From contig CAWDOY010000031.1 in NCBI GenBank assembly GCA_963803975.1, positions 8,745 through 72,744 on the forward strand: DNA of 64,000 bases, written 5' to 3'. Numbering within the stretch: the stretch's first letter is position 1; each line of letters opens with the position of its first letter. Made by a program: the position numbers and the translations under genes. This DNA comes from an uncultured delta proteobacterium. Lineage in GTDB: Bacteria; Desulfobacterota; WTBG01; CAIYCZ01. The notes beneath the pieces are model-generated. The model did no database searches. It saw only the letters and a list, made by a program, of their open reading frames with translations, and was not told where the DNA came from. Below are positions 1 through 11,428 of the stretch, in pieces.

Positions 1-203
1 AGAATATCTATCCGGAACTGAAGGAGCTGTTTGAGCGTTTTCATAAAAGTATAAAATTTTCCTGCGCGGAAAAAGTTCTGGTTCAGAAAGCGGAGAAACT
101 GCCGTTTTTTGACCAGCTTAAAAAGAAGGGTATCAAAGCAGCAGACAAGCTGCCGTTTGACTGCATGACATGGTTTTCAATATCAGCTGTTTCACAAAAG
201 TAA
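1..203 (+). CDS. 3' end of an unknown protein truncated by the window edge
   Basis: Open frame ...NIYPELKELFERFHKSIKFSCAEKVLVQKAEKLPFFDQLKKKGIKAADKLPFDCMTWFSISAVSQK ending at TAA 201-203. Confidence 0.55.
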   Translation, partial: NIYPELKELFERFHKSIKFSCAEKVLVQKAEKLPFFDQLKKKGIKAADKLPFDCMTWFSISAVSQK

Positions 204-232
204 TGTTTGCAATGAATGCGGCAAAATATGTA

Positions 233-262
233 TTGACACGCAATTCAGCCCCGTCCTATACT
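233..262 (+). promoter_or_regulatory. sigma70-type promoter
   Basis: TTGACA (233-238), 18-nt spacer, TATACT (257-262), upstream of AGGAGG RBS and ATG 374. Confidence 0.6.
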
Positions 263-373
263 GACCCAAGTCATAAAATTACTTTTTGTCATCGCAATAC
301 TGCAAATCATGATGTCTTTTTAATAGGCTTTTCTAACTATTTCCGTTGATATCAATAATCAAGGAGGTGCAAC

Positions 374-1458
374 ATGATAGAAAAGGCAAAAAACATTTTA
401 TTGGAAAGCAGTTCTTTTGGCAGAAGAAGTTTTATGAAGCTCGCGGGTCTCACCTCACTCATCACCGTACTGCCCACCTTCAGGACCAGAGAAGCTCACG
501 CACGATATATCTTAAACAGGAACTGGTGGAAATCGCGCGAGATATACTCCACGGCGGAGGCTGTAAACAAGACCGTTGAATACTGCAGCAGCACAATCTC
601 AGGCAGGAGAGCGGCGCAGTCTGGTCGAACCTGGATAATATGTGGAGGAAGTTTGAAGTTCGTGAATTGTCCGATGAGTTTATGAAGTGGGGCTGCTCGG
701 AGAGATATTTTTACTATGATGAGCGGCTGAACGTCGGGGAAGCCGGGCCGCCGACCATAATGAAAAACGGGGGCATCCATCACGGCATGGTTGCCACCTA
801 TGGCAACTGGACCGGCAGGAAAGACAGCTCATTTCACTTAAACGTTGCTACGAAGGGCACGGCTCTCTGCCCCTCGCGCGAGACCATACTGGAGCTTCTT
901 CCCGTCCTTGAGAAGTTAAAAGCGGATGACCCGCCCGACAGAATCACGCAGTATTATCAAATCATGCAGGGAATTTACAGCGATATAAACAACTTCGACA
1001 AGACAAAAATGTTAACCCTTGAGCTCTATACCCAGCCGACACAGGGCACGCTGTATGACGCGGGGTACAAGGAGACGCATACCTTCGCCAACATGATGGC
1101 AAACCCGATCTGCACCATAGGGTTTATGCAGCAGGAAAGTCCGCAAAAGAATTATTTTGATCCCGCCGGGAACGGCACCTACAATGATTTTATTTACGGT
1201 ATTCATTATGAATTAAGGGCGATTCCCAAGGTGATCCACTGCTGGGCGCCTGAAATGGGCAATGAATACGATGTGTTCGATTATAAAAAAGCTGAAGATC
1301 CCGATGCTATCTTCGGCTACTGGGTCAATTTCCTGCATACCTTCTATCACGGCGGCAGGGCAAACATCACATCCGTTGTGTACAACGTGTGCGAGCTGTT
1401 CAACAATACACCGGCTGACCCGGGAAGGGGGATTCGGGTGGTCCCTGAAATAGGGTAG
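374..1458 (+). CDS. Tat-exported pyridoxamine 5'-phosphate oxidase-like (split-barrel) protein, one frameshift near 610-640
   Basis: ORF 374..685 begins with a twin-arginine signal (GRRSFMK...AHA). It continues as ORF 640..1458 with split-barrel-like motifs THTFANMMANPICTIGF, YELRA and VYNVCELFNNTP. Confidence 0.6.
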
Positions 1459-1525
1459 CCGGGACGGAGAAGCTCATCCGGGATTATCCCCGGAAACAGG
1501 AGCAGGAAATAAAGCATAAAACAGG

Positions 1526-1564
1526 ATGCCGGCCTTTGTAGTTGTTCAAGGCCGGCATCTTTTC
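1526..1564 (+). terminator. rho-independent terminator
   Basis: GATGCCGGCCTT / AAGGCCGGCATC stem followed by TTTT. Confidence 0.7.
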
Positions 1565-1617
1565 TATACTGCCTGTTGTGTTGTTTAACAGAGGGGGCAT
1601 ATGTCATATTGCTGCTG

Positions 1618-1654
1618 AGCCTCTGCCGGCATAATCGCTGGCAGGGGCTTTTTT
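1618..1654 (+). terminator. terminator-like hairpin after a 5-codon mini-ORF
   Basis: AGCCTCTGCCGGC-ATAATC-GCTGGCAGGGGCT followed by a T-run. Confidence 0.6.
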
Positions 1655-1705
1655 ATTGACGGAATGATAAAATAATACTACTTCATTTTGTGGAGGTGAA
1701 TGGTT

Positions 1706-2246
1706 ATGGCACGATTTAACAGTCCCGAAAGTCCCGGCATTTGTGCAGGAGCTGTGCAGGCGGGGCGGGGTACGTTTACGGACATTTAAGTCTGCTGAGG
1801 AATTTGAGCGGGAGGTAAGCAAATTTCTCAAGGCCAATGATATCCTGTATTTGTCCACATCAAAAAATGATGTGCCGCGCTGCACGCCGGTCGGCTACTT
1901 TCACAGCGGCATGACGGTCTACATTCTCTCTGAAGGCGGCGGGAAGTTCGCCAACCTGAAGGCAAACCCCAAAGTCTCCTATGCCATCGCCTCGCGTATT
2001 GACGGCCGCATGGGCATACTTGAGGTGCGCGGGCTGCAGTGCTGGGGGCAGGCATCGGTCATTTCCATGAAAGATGAGCCGGAAAAGTTTTCCCGCCTGA
2101 TGGATGAGCTGGGGCTGACAGAGCGCCTTAAAAAAAGAGGCGAAGAGCTCCCGCCGTTCAATTACCGGTTTATAAAAATCGTCCCGCATAAAATGCGCAT
2201 GCTCAACCTGCGCGAGGGAATCTACAACATCACCTGGACAAAATAA
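1706..2246 (+). CDS. pyridoxamine 5'-phosphate oxidase family (FMN-binding split barrel) protein; start uncertain, probable frameshift near 1785
   Basis: ORF 1743..2246 has LYLSTS..DVPRCTPV, EGGGKFANLKANPKVS and GLQCWGQA. GGAGG RBS precedes an ATG near 1706 in another frame. Confidence 0.8.
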
Positions 2247-2258
2247 TTCAGCGCACCA

Positions 2259-2936
2259 GTGGAGAAGACCTTGATGAAGACCTTTGAACAGGAATTGAAA
2301 AGCTCCGAGCGCAGGCTCCTTGAGCGTTTGACCTCACCGGCCAGGATACAGGATTTTCTGGATGAATGCGCGTACAGCACTGACGAGGCTAACCACTGCC
2401 CGCTCTATGTCCTGCGCAGGCGCGCTGCCAACTGCTTTGACGGGGCCGTGTTTGCTGCCGCGGCGCTTCGCCGCCTGGGATACCCGCCGCTGATTCTTGA
2501 CATGCTCGCCAATCGCCGGGATGATGATCATATACTGGCGCTGTACAAAAGGGAAGGGCACTGGGGCGCGCTCGCCAAGTCAAATTTCACCGGCCTGCGC
2601 TTTCGCGAGCCGGCGTACCGCACCCTGCGGGAGCTGGTGATGTCGTACTTTGAGCAGTACTATAATGTAGCGCGGGAGAAGACGCTGCGGGGATACACGC
2701 TGCCGCTGAACCTGAAGACGCTTGACAGGATTTCGTGGCTGACAGAGGACAAGGCCATGGAGCGGATAGAAGACCGGCTGGTGTGGATGCCGCGAAGTAA
2801 GCTGCTCACGCGGAGCATGATAGCCCGTCTTTCTCCCGTGGATGAAAGAACCTGCCGGGCCGGGCTGCTCGGCGCGAACAAGGCGGGCTTATACAAGCCG
2901 CAGCATAAGCCGGGAAGCGGAGATCGGGGTTCGTGA
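2259..2936 (+). CDS. conserved hypothetical protein, transglutaminase-like (Cys-His)
   Basis: ANCFDGAVFAAAAL, DDDHILALY and WGALAKSNFTGLRFREP motifs of a widespread uncharacterised family. Confidence 0.65.
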   Translation: MEKTLMKTFEQELKSSERRLLERLTSPARIQDFLDECAYSTDEANHCPLYVLRRRAANCFDGAVFAAAALRRLGYPPLILDMLANRRDDDHILALYKREGHWGALAKSNFTGLRFREPAYRTLRELVMSYFEQYYNVAREKTLRGYTLPLNLKTLDRISWLTEDKAMERIEDRLVWMPRSKLLTRSMIARLSPVDERTCRAGLLGANKAGLYKPQHKPGSGDRGS

Positions 2937-3060
2937 CTCGGGGCTCGGGGCGGGTGAATCGGTGAGTCGGTGAATGGGAAAAAGAGAAAAGTGCTGAGTG
3001 CTGAGTAACGAGTGCTGAGGGAAAAAGGAGGAAAGACAAGACACAAAGGCACCGAGCCAA
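2937..3060. repeat. low-complexity 7-8-mer intergenic repeats
   Basis: Tandem GGCTCGG, GGTGAATC and GTGCTGA units. GAGTAACGAGTGCTGA recurs at 39267, and as its reverse complement near 39811-39826. Confidence 0.6.
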
Positions 3061-3122
3061 GGAGAAAAAGGTACAGAGAAAACAAGAAGGCCTGGAGTCA
3101 GGCATGATGGCCATACAATATA

Positions 3123-3155
3123 AAAAAAGCCGGGCTTAGAAGAACCCGGCTTTTT
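3123..3155. terminator. bidirectional rho-independent terminator
   Basis: AAAAAGCCGGG...CCCGGCTTTTT between convergent units. Confidence 0.7.
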
Positions 3156-3164
3156 GTCGCCTAG

Positions 3165-3315
3165 CAGGCTGTTGAAAAACACCCATCTGCTTCGTTGCGC
3201 TCATCCTTCGTCATTGCGACGTACGGTACAGTACGCCTCATTCCTCTTGATTTCGCGCGCCTTGCATCCGGATGTTTTTGACCAGCCTGGGGAAAACTAT
3301 TTTTTCAACAACCTG
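3165..3315 (+). mobile_element. ~150-bp MITE-like element, copy 1
   Basis: Terminal inverted repeats CAGGCTGTTGAAAAA / TTTTTCAACAACCTG, flanked by CTAG/ATAG. Closely similar to 40887-41038 and, inverted, 27823-27972. Confidence 0.8.
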
Positions 3316-3360
3316 ATAGAACTCTGTTGGTGATTTCTGCACCGCGGTTTTCTCCTGCGT

Positions 3361-3456
3361 TTATTTTGGAACTTCGCTCAGCGGGATGCCCAGCGCGTCA
3401 GCCACCCCTTTGCCGTAAGCTGGGTCAGCCTTCAGGCAGTTGCTGATGTTGCGGAT
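3361..3456 (-). pseudogene. katA: C-terminal remnant of monofunctional catalase
   Basis: Translates IRNISNCLKADPAYGKGVADALGIPLSEVPK*, the typical small-subunit catalase C-terminus. Confidence 0.75.
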
Positions 3457-3488
3457 GTCAGGAACCCTCGAAGACGTTTATGCGACGA

Positions 3489-5725
<2,237 letters not shown>

Positions 5726-5755
5726 CTACCATTAATAATAGTGTATCGCTGCCCA

Positions 5756-5887
5756 GCTATCTAACTTCTCCAAAAACCAGACATCTTAGAGTAGTAACGG
5801 GCCGCGGGGTCCGGCGGTCATGGTGTTCTGGTTATCGGCTACGGGAGCGCCGTTTCTTGTGGTGAGTTTCCCTTTTTTCTTTGCCAT
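5756..5887 (-). pseudogene. katA: N-terminal remnant of monofunctional catalase with an in-frame stop
   Basis: Translates [42 protein letters not shown]. The conserved Gln of LLQDVWFLEKL is TAA, and homology ends abruptly. Confidence 0.85.
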
Positions 5888-6303
5888 TGTTCTCTCTCAT
5901 TTCGTGTTGTTGAATTATGAAAATATAAACCGCTGACCGCTTTTCAATTGCAGAGTGCCCTCTGTGCCAAAGCCACAGCCCGCCGAGCCGTCGCTTCGTC
6001 GCGGCTGGCGCGACGAGCAGATTTGAGTTTGCCGTTCGGCCCAGAGCCTTTCGGCAACGAGCTCACGGCCGATGGGCGGAATGCAGGTCACGAGTCATCC
6101 ATCCTCCGCAGTTCACACTCCGCTCGCCTTCATAAGTAAGCCTGGTGCAGGGTGAAGGTCTGGTTTTGATGGGCGAGTGCTACGAAGGACGGGCTGGTCA
6201 CGAACCCCGAGCCCCGAACCCTAACAAAACCTTTTCCCCCTGTATTATGTTGAGCACATGAGCTTTTTAAAATCCACCCCCATGGGAGAATAACTGTTTT
6301 ATC

Positions 6304-6334
6304 GAAAATAATTATCAACAAAGAATCATTATCC
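6304..6334. promoter_or_regulatory. Fur/PerR-box-like sites upstream of the catalase locus
   Basis: AAATAATTATC and AATCATTATC resemble the GATAATGATAATCATTATC consensus. Confidence 0.4.
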
Positions 6335-6355
6335 TTTTGTACGCAAAAAAAATCC

Positions 6356-6817
6356 TTACTTCTTCTTCTGGCATGCAGGGCACACGCCGAAGAAATCCAA
6401 ACGGTGGGACTGTATCTTGTAGCCTGTTTTCCGGCCCATCTCCCGGCTGAGTTCATCAAGCGTTGCGAGCTCCGGGTCCATTATCTTTTTGCACTTTGTG
6501 CAAATGACATGGGGGTGGGGGTATGGCCTGTTGCCGTCGTACCGGTTGTTGCCGTCATGAAAACCCAGTTCCAGAACCTCGCCCAGTTCCTTGAGCAGGG
6601 AGACTGTTTTGTAAACTGTAGCAAGGCTTGTTGTGGGGAATTGGGCTTTTACCTGCTTATAAATCTGATCAACGCTTGGGTGCTCTTGGCTGGCAGCCAG
6701 AATGCTGAGCACGGCATGTCGCTGGGGTGTAATGCGAAAGTCGCTGACTCTCAGTTTTTCAAGCATCCCCTGTACGCGCTTATCAGGATCGATTGCATCA
6801 ATGCGGTTTTTCACCAT
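6356..6817 (-). CDS. perR: Fur-family transcriptional regulator, probably peroxide-responsive
   Basis: RITPQR, HPSVDQIY, SLATVYK, RYD, HPHVICTKC and C-terminal CPAC. Directly upstream of catalase genes. Confidence 0.85.
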   Translation of the reverse strand: MVKNRIDAIDPDKRVQGMLEKLRVSDFRITPQRHAVLSILAASQEHPSVDQIYKQVKAQFPTTSLATVYKTVSLLKELGEVLELGFHDGNNRYDGNRPYPHPHVICTKCKKIMDPELATLDELSREMGRKTGYKIQSHRLDFFGVCPACQKKK

Positions 6818-6833
6818 AGCATACCAGAAAAAG

Positions 6834-6863
6834 AAAATGATTATCCATTAATAATGATTATTG
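6834..6863. promoter_or_regulatory. tandem Fur/PerR-box-like autoregulatory sites
   Basis: AAAATGATTATC and ATAATGATTATT between the gene start and a minus-strand TTGACA at 6899-6904. Confidence 0.55.
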
Positions 6864-7012
6864 TTTACATTTTAAAAGATACTCGATCATCCGCCCTTTG
6901 TCAAGACCATCAGACAGGAAACATTTTAGTGGATAACAGGGACCGCGGGGGTGTTGAAAAAGTCTCCCTGACAAATAATTATATATGGAGACACAATGAT
7001 AGCGCAATAAAT

Positions 7013-7066
7013 CCCACGTACGGTGGTGTGAGAGGACGGGAGGCGTGAGCCCTGCTCCTACCCGAT
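7013..7066 (+). mobile_element. 3' remnant of a group II (class C-like) intron: half of domain V plus domain VI
   Basis: CACGTACGGTGGTGTGAGAGGACGGGAG...CTCCTACCCGAT matches the class C intron 3' end pattern. Confidence 0.75.
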
Positions 7067-7082
7067 ACTATTAAATCTTAGT

Positions 7083-8292
7083 CTATTTTTCTTTGACCGC
7101 AGGTAAAATATAGTCAGATAAGAATTTGAACCCCGAAAACATGCTGGCGAGGTCGTCTAAATTTACGTCTAAATTTACAGCTGTAGAAACAACCACCATG
7201 TCAAGGGGGGGAATTATAAAAATGCACTGACCGCCGAGTCCCAGAGCGCAATAAATTTCGTTTAGTCTCAATGATTTTCCTACCGTAGCATTAACCGGAA
7301 AAATCCACCAGAGATATCCGTAATATAAGTCAACTTTATGGTTAAAAATCATTATATTGGTTATGCGCTTAGCCGTAGATGTTTCTACCCACGCCTGCTG
7401 GTATTATTTGCTCTCCCTTTAACAATCCCTTTTTTAAATAAAGGTAGCCGAACATTGCCATATCCACGGGATGTAAAGAAAGTCCTGCCCCTGTTTCGCT
7501 AATACCCTTAGGACCTTTTACCCATGCCCAATCTGTTATGCCCATCGGATGGAAAAGATTGTCTGCGGCAAAATCTTCTGCCGACAGTCCGGTTGTATTG
7601 GTTATTATTCCCGATAGCAAATCAAGGCTGCCGCTATTGTATAGCCATTCGGTTCCTGGATCGCTGGCCATGGGTTGGTTAAGAACATACTTAATGTAGT
7701 CACGGCTGAACAGCATTCTGATCATGTCATTTTTAAAATTGGGAAAGATGCCGATTGTGTACGGGGTGGATAGTTCATTCCATTCAAGGCCGGTTGTCAT
7801 AGTCAGAACATTTTCGAGAGTAATGGACTGCTTTTTTTCATCCATATTCCTGAGATGACTATACTCGGGGAAGAAGCTCAGCAGCTTTGCATCGAGCCCC
7901 TTAATCTTACCCTGATCCAATGCAATGCCGAACAATGCGGAGGTGACGCTCTTGGTAACGGAAAAACAGGGATGCCGCATGTCACGGGTCCAGCCCTGAA
8001 AATATTTTTCCAAAACCAGATTGTCATTCTGAATAATGATAAGGCTGTGGGTATTACCGTAATTACCTTTTTCAATTGCGCTCACGAGTTCTGCAAGTTT
8101 CTCCTGATCCAGAGTGTATGGGGAGGTGCCGAAACCCGGAAGCTCATCAATTGCATAGGTATCCTGGGGATGTTCATCGGGGAGTGCCAGGACAGCAGTA
8201 GGGATGAACGCACCAGCAAATAAGAGTAGTACTAAAAAGGTAACAATAGATGAAGAAGATACTGTTGATTTTATTTTATTGCGATTCATCAT
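7083..8292 (-). CDS. secreted serine hydrolase (beta-lactamase class C-like), frameshift near 7385
   Basis: Signal peptide, FSVTKS (SxxK) and WLYNS motifs. C-terminal part in another frame has YGYLWW and ALGLGGQCIFIIPPLDMVVV. Confidence 0.9.
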
Positions 8293-8411
8293 ACCTGCCC
8301 TTCATAAGCAAATAGTTTTAACTGTGATCCCGATCAATAAACAGCTTTCCCCAGAGGGGCATTAAAAAAGATTTATGAGCAATGACTTTTTAATAGATTG
8401 ACCGGAAAATA

Positions 8412-8443
8412 AAACGGCAGGGTTAAGTAAAAGCCCTGCCGTT
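8412..8443 (-). terminator. rho-independent terminator
   Basis: AACGGCAGGG / CCCTGCCGTT stem downstream of the 8477..9271 gene. Confidence 0.65.
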
Positions 8444-8476
8444 GTTATAATAATCCTTTTGAAAAATACTGATTTT

Positions 8477-9271
8477 CTACTCAGGAAGTACTATCTCACA
8501 GTTTTCTGTCAGCATTATATCCATCGGCTCTGATTCCGCGACCTTATTCTTTATCTTTACACTATACTGCCCCGGCTCAAGATTACTATTGAATAAGCAA
8601 TAACTCATACCAGTCCCGGGGTCCATTATCCAACCATATACTTTAGCCTTGATCAATTTACCATCTTGACCATCTTGATTCTCAAAATATACTTTCAGGT
8701 TTGCCGTGGTTGCCCCAAAATATTTACCGGTCATGTAAAAGACATCACAATCCTTGCTCTTGCTTAACGATTTTATTTTAAACGAGTGGATGTTTAATGG
8801 CTTGATGCTGGTGATTTGTGGTGCCATTATCTCAAAACCAGCTGGACAGACAAGCGGCCTATTATCCATATTCTTTGGCACCACTTTTATATCATAGTGC
8901 CCGGGAGGGCTGATGACACTGACAATCTGAGCCACGATCTTTGAATCACTCCAGGAGAATATTTTACACTTCTTGTCCCCAATCAGAACGTTACCTTGCT
9001 GTTTACCAAACTTAGTTCCGGCTATGGTTACCCTGGTGCCTATCGTGCCGGTGGTAGTGGCGTAGGTGAATGAACAGGGAGTTGTGGCGTAGGAAAATTC
9101 AAGCGGCGCAGGATCATCGGTGAACCCTGCCACAGCACTGTCGATAGAATCTGTCGCTGCACTATTATCAGCCTCCATGGCTTGAGTCTTTGCCGTAAAC
9201 GTCAGACAAAACGATAAGAAAATAAAAAATGTCACAAGTAATTTTACTGCGGTTTGACCTTTTACTCTCAT
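8477..9271 (-). CDS. secreted IPT/TIG-domain protein
   Basis: Signal peptide, GTIGTRVTIAGTKFG..V.IG...WSDSKIVAQI and a second Ig-like unit (GKYFG...V.IKNKV). Confidence 0.7.
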   Translation of the reverse strand: MRVKGQTAVKLLVTFFIFLSFCLTFTAKTQAMEADNSAATDSIDSAVAGFTDDPAPLEFSYATTPCSFTYATTTGTIGTRVTIAGTKFGKQQGNVLIGDKKCKIFSWSDSKIVAQIVSVISPPGHYDIKVVPKNMDNRPLVCPAGFEIMAPQITSIKPLNIHSFKIKSLSKSKDCDVFYMTGKYFGATTANLKVYFENQDGQDGKLIKAKVYGWIMDPGTGMSYCLFNSNLEPGQYSVKIKNKVAESEPMDIMLTENCEIVLPE

Positions 9272-9442
9272 TTTATGTCTCCTTTTGTCAGCCCTGTTAA
9301 ATAGTTTCTCATGCCCCTCTGATAAAATCCCTTCTTACTATAAAAACAACGTAGCATGTAAAATTATATTAAGCAACTATATTTATTTAATCTCATATAT
9401 AAAAAGATTTTTGTTGTCAACCTGATAGATTTCCTCATGATT

Positions 9443-9484
9443 AAAAAAACCGCCAACAGGTAATTAATCCCTGACAGCGGTTTC
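9443..9484 (-). terminator. terminator-like hairpin, homologous to 14015-14057
   Basis: Minus strand reads AACCGCTGTCAGG-ATTAATTA-CCTGTTGGCGGTT followed by a T-run. Confidence 0.55.
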
Positions 9485-9547
9485 TTGCTTATAGAAAAAC
9501 CAGTGGCATAAAGCGTTCGAAAAAATAGCCATCAGAGCAGCTTCTGA

Positions 9548-11257
9548 CTATTGCACTTGAAACAGCGCCTGTATGGTCTCCTCAAAGGGATTTTCAATGT
9601 TTCCATTTGCAGTTTTTATTTTCACCTGCCACTGTCCGGCAGTGGCGTCTTTCCCTATGCAGATTGGGACAAAAATAATATTCCCGACCTTAAACGAATT
9701 TCTCCTGCCATCAACTTCAACTCCCTGCCAATTCTCCTGCGAGCCTTCAATCGTTATGGTGCTGCGCACAGCACTGTAATGGTTATCCTCCGGGCAGTTT
9801 ACCAATAACCACGGGCATCTTGTTGCGCGGACAATTGGCCTGCGCACACTTTTTTGCAGGGATGTAGCAGTTAGCTCAAATATGTCCCAGCACTGATCCT
9901 GATCTTCCCTGCACTGTTTTCCGGTATCACAGGGACTGATCCCGGGAACACAGGCGCCGTTTGCGCATCGCTCAGTGCCATTGCAGAACAGGCCATCATC
10001 ACAATCTGCAGCACTGGTGCATTGAGATGGCGGAGCAGTAGTGGTAGTAGTTGTTGGCGATGTGCTGGTGGTAGTGGTGTCAGATGATACGGTGGTTGTG
10101 GTTGAACTGCCGCCGCCTCCACCGCCCCCGCCACCTCCTCCGCCATCAGCAGTGGTGGTTGTGTCAGTCCTTATGGTGCCGTTTGCATACTTCAGATCGC
10201 CATTTATTGCATCGTAATAGCTCATATATGCTTTATTGGTGTTGTCAAGAGCGAGAAAAGAGTAAGATCCGACATCTTCACTGTTGTCCACAATGTCTAT
10301 CTGCCAGACACTGCCGTTGTAGCGGGCATACTTGAGGTCGCCATAGATAAAATCATAGTAACTGATATTAGGCTGGTTGTTACTGTCAAGGGCAAGGGAG
10401 GTGTACCCTCCTACGTTATCTTCAGTGCTGTCCACTCGCTTTATCTGCCAGACACTGCCATCATAGTGCGCGTACTTGAGGTCGCCATTGGTAGCATCAT
10501 AGTAGCTGATATGAGGATTATTATCTTTGTCAAGTGCAAGGGAGTTGTAAGAGCCCACATCACCAGCGCTGTCCACTCGCTCTATCTGCCAGACACTGCC
10601 ATCATAGTGTGCGTACTTGAGGTCTGCATTGGTAGCATCATAGTAGCTGATGTGGGGGTTATTATCACTGTCAAGAGCAAGAAAGCAGTAATCTCCCACG
10701 TCATCATTACCGGTGATTCCGTCTACTGTCTGAGGGGGAAGCCACACACTGCCGTCATAACGCGTATATTTTAAAATTCCCTTTGGATAAGCATCATAGT
10801 AACTGATGTGAGGGTTATCTGTGCTGTCAATAGCTATTGAGGTTGCCAACCCCAGATTGCCACCGCTATCCACGGTAGCTATCTTCCAATCTATGCCAGT
10901 ATGGTTCGCATACTTTAGATTACCATTTAAGTTATCAACATAACTGATTTGGGGTTTATCTGTACTGTCAAGGGCTATTGAGGTTGCCAACCCCGTATCT
11001 TCAGTGCTATCAACGATCTCCTTCAACCAGATGTTGCCAACCAATCGTGCATATGTAAGGCCGCCATTGGTTGAATCATAATAGCTGATGTGGGGGTTAT
11101 TCTTGCTGTCAAGGGCGAGAGCGCTCCACTGTCCCACATCCGAAGTGCTGCTATCAACTGTTGCAACCTGCCAATCGGCTGAAGCCAGACGGATAGTGAA
11201 CAGAGTAAAAACCAAAGCTCCAGCAATTGCTGTTTTCAACATTCTATTACAGTTCAT
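9548..11257 (-). CDS. secreted repeat (beta-propeller-like) surface protein with Gly/Thr linker and Cys-rich module
   Basis: Signal peptide, about seven 47-48-aa SLALDSxNNPHISYYD...DLKYA repeats (141-144-bp nucleotide period at 10298/10442/10583), poly-G/poly-T linker, CDDGLFCNGTERC. Confidence 0.85.
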   Translation of the reverse strand: MNCNRMLKTAIAGALVFTLFTIRLASADWQVATVDSSTSDVGQWSALALDSKNNPHISYYDSTNGGLTYARLVGNIWLKEIVDSTEDTGLATSIALDSTDKPQISYVDNLNGNLKYANHTGIDWKIATVDSGGNLGLATSIAIDSTDNPHISYYDAYPKGILKYTRYDGSVWLPPQTVDGITGNDDVGDYCFLALDSDNNPHISYYDATNADLKYAHYDGSVWQIERVDSAGDVGSYNSLALDKDNNPHISYYDATNGDLKYAHYDGSVWQIKRVDSTEDNVGGYTSLALDSNNQPNISYYDFIYGDLKYARYNGSVWQIDIVDNSEDVGSYSFLALDNTNKAYMSYYDAINGDLKYANGTIRTDTTTTADGGGGGGGGGGGGSSTTTTVSSDTTTTSTSPTTTTTTAPPSQCTSAADCDDGLFCNGTERCANGACVPGISPCDTGKQCREDQDQCWDIFELTATSLQKSVRRPIVRATRCPWLLVNCPEDNHYSAVRSTITIEGSQENWQGVEVDGRRNSFKVGNIIFVPICIGKDATAGQWQVKIKTANGNIENPFEETIQALFQVQ

Positions 11258-11364
11258 GATGCCTGCCCCATAAGATTAAAAAGTGTGGAGTAGATTATTG
11301 GTAAATATTTTTTACAGAAAAAACTGAAAGATATATTACGCAAAATATACTATTTTTTGCAAAG

Positions 11365-11398
11365 ACAAAGGCAGAGCCATTACTGGCTCTGCCTTTGT
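11365..11398 (-). terminator. rho-independent terminator
   Basis: ACAAAGGCAGAGCCA-TTAC-TGGCTCTGCCTTTGT perfect stem. Confidence 0.7.
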
Positions 11399-11428
11399 GC
11401 GTACTGTTTTAGTATTGATCCTGTTTAA

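Noticed and set aside
10290..10700. 141-144-bp tandem repeats as a CRISPR array or DGR repeats
   Set aside because: They are in-frame coding repeats of the propeller-like protein with no unique spacers.
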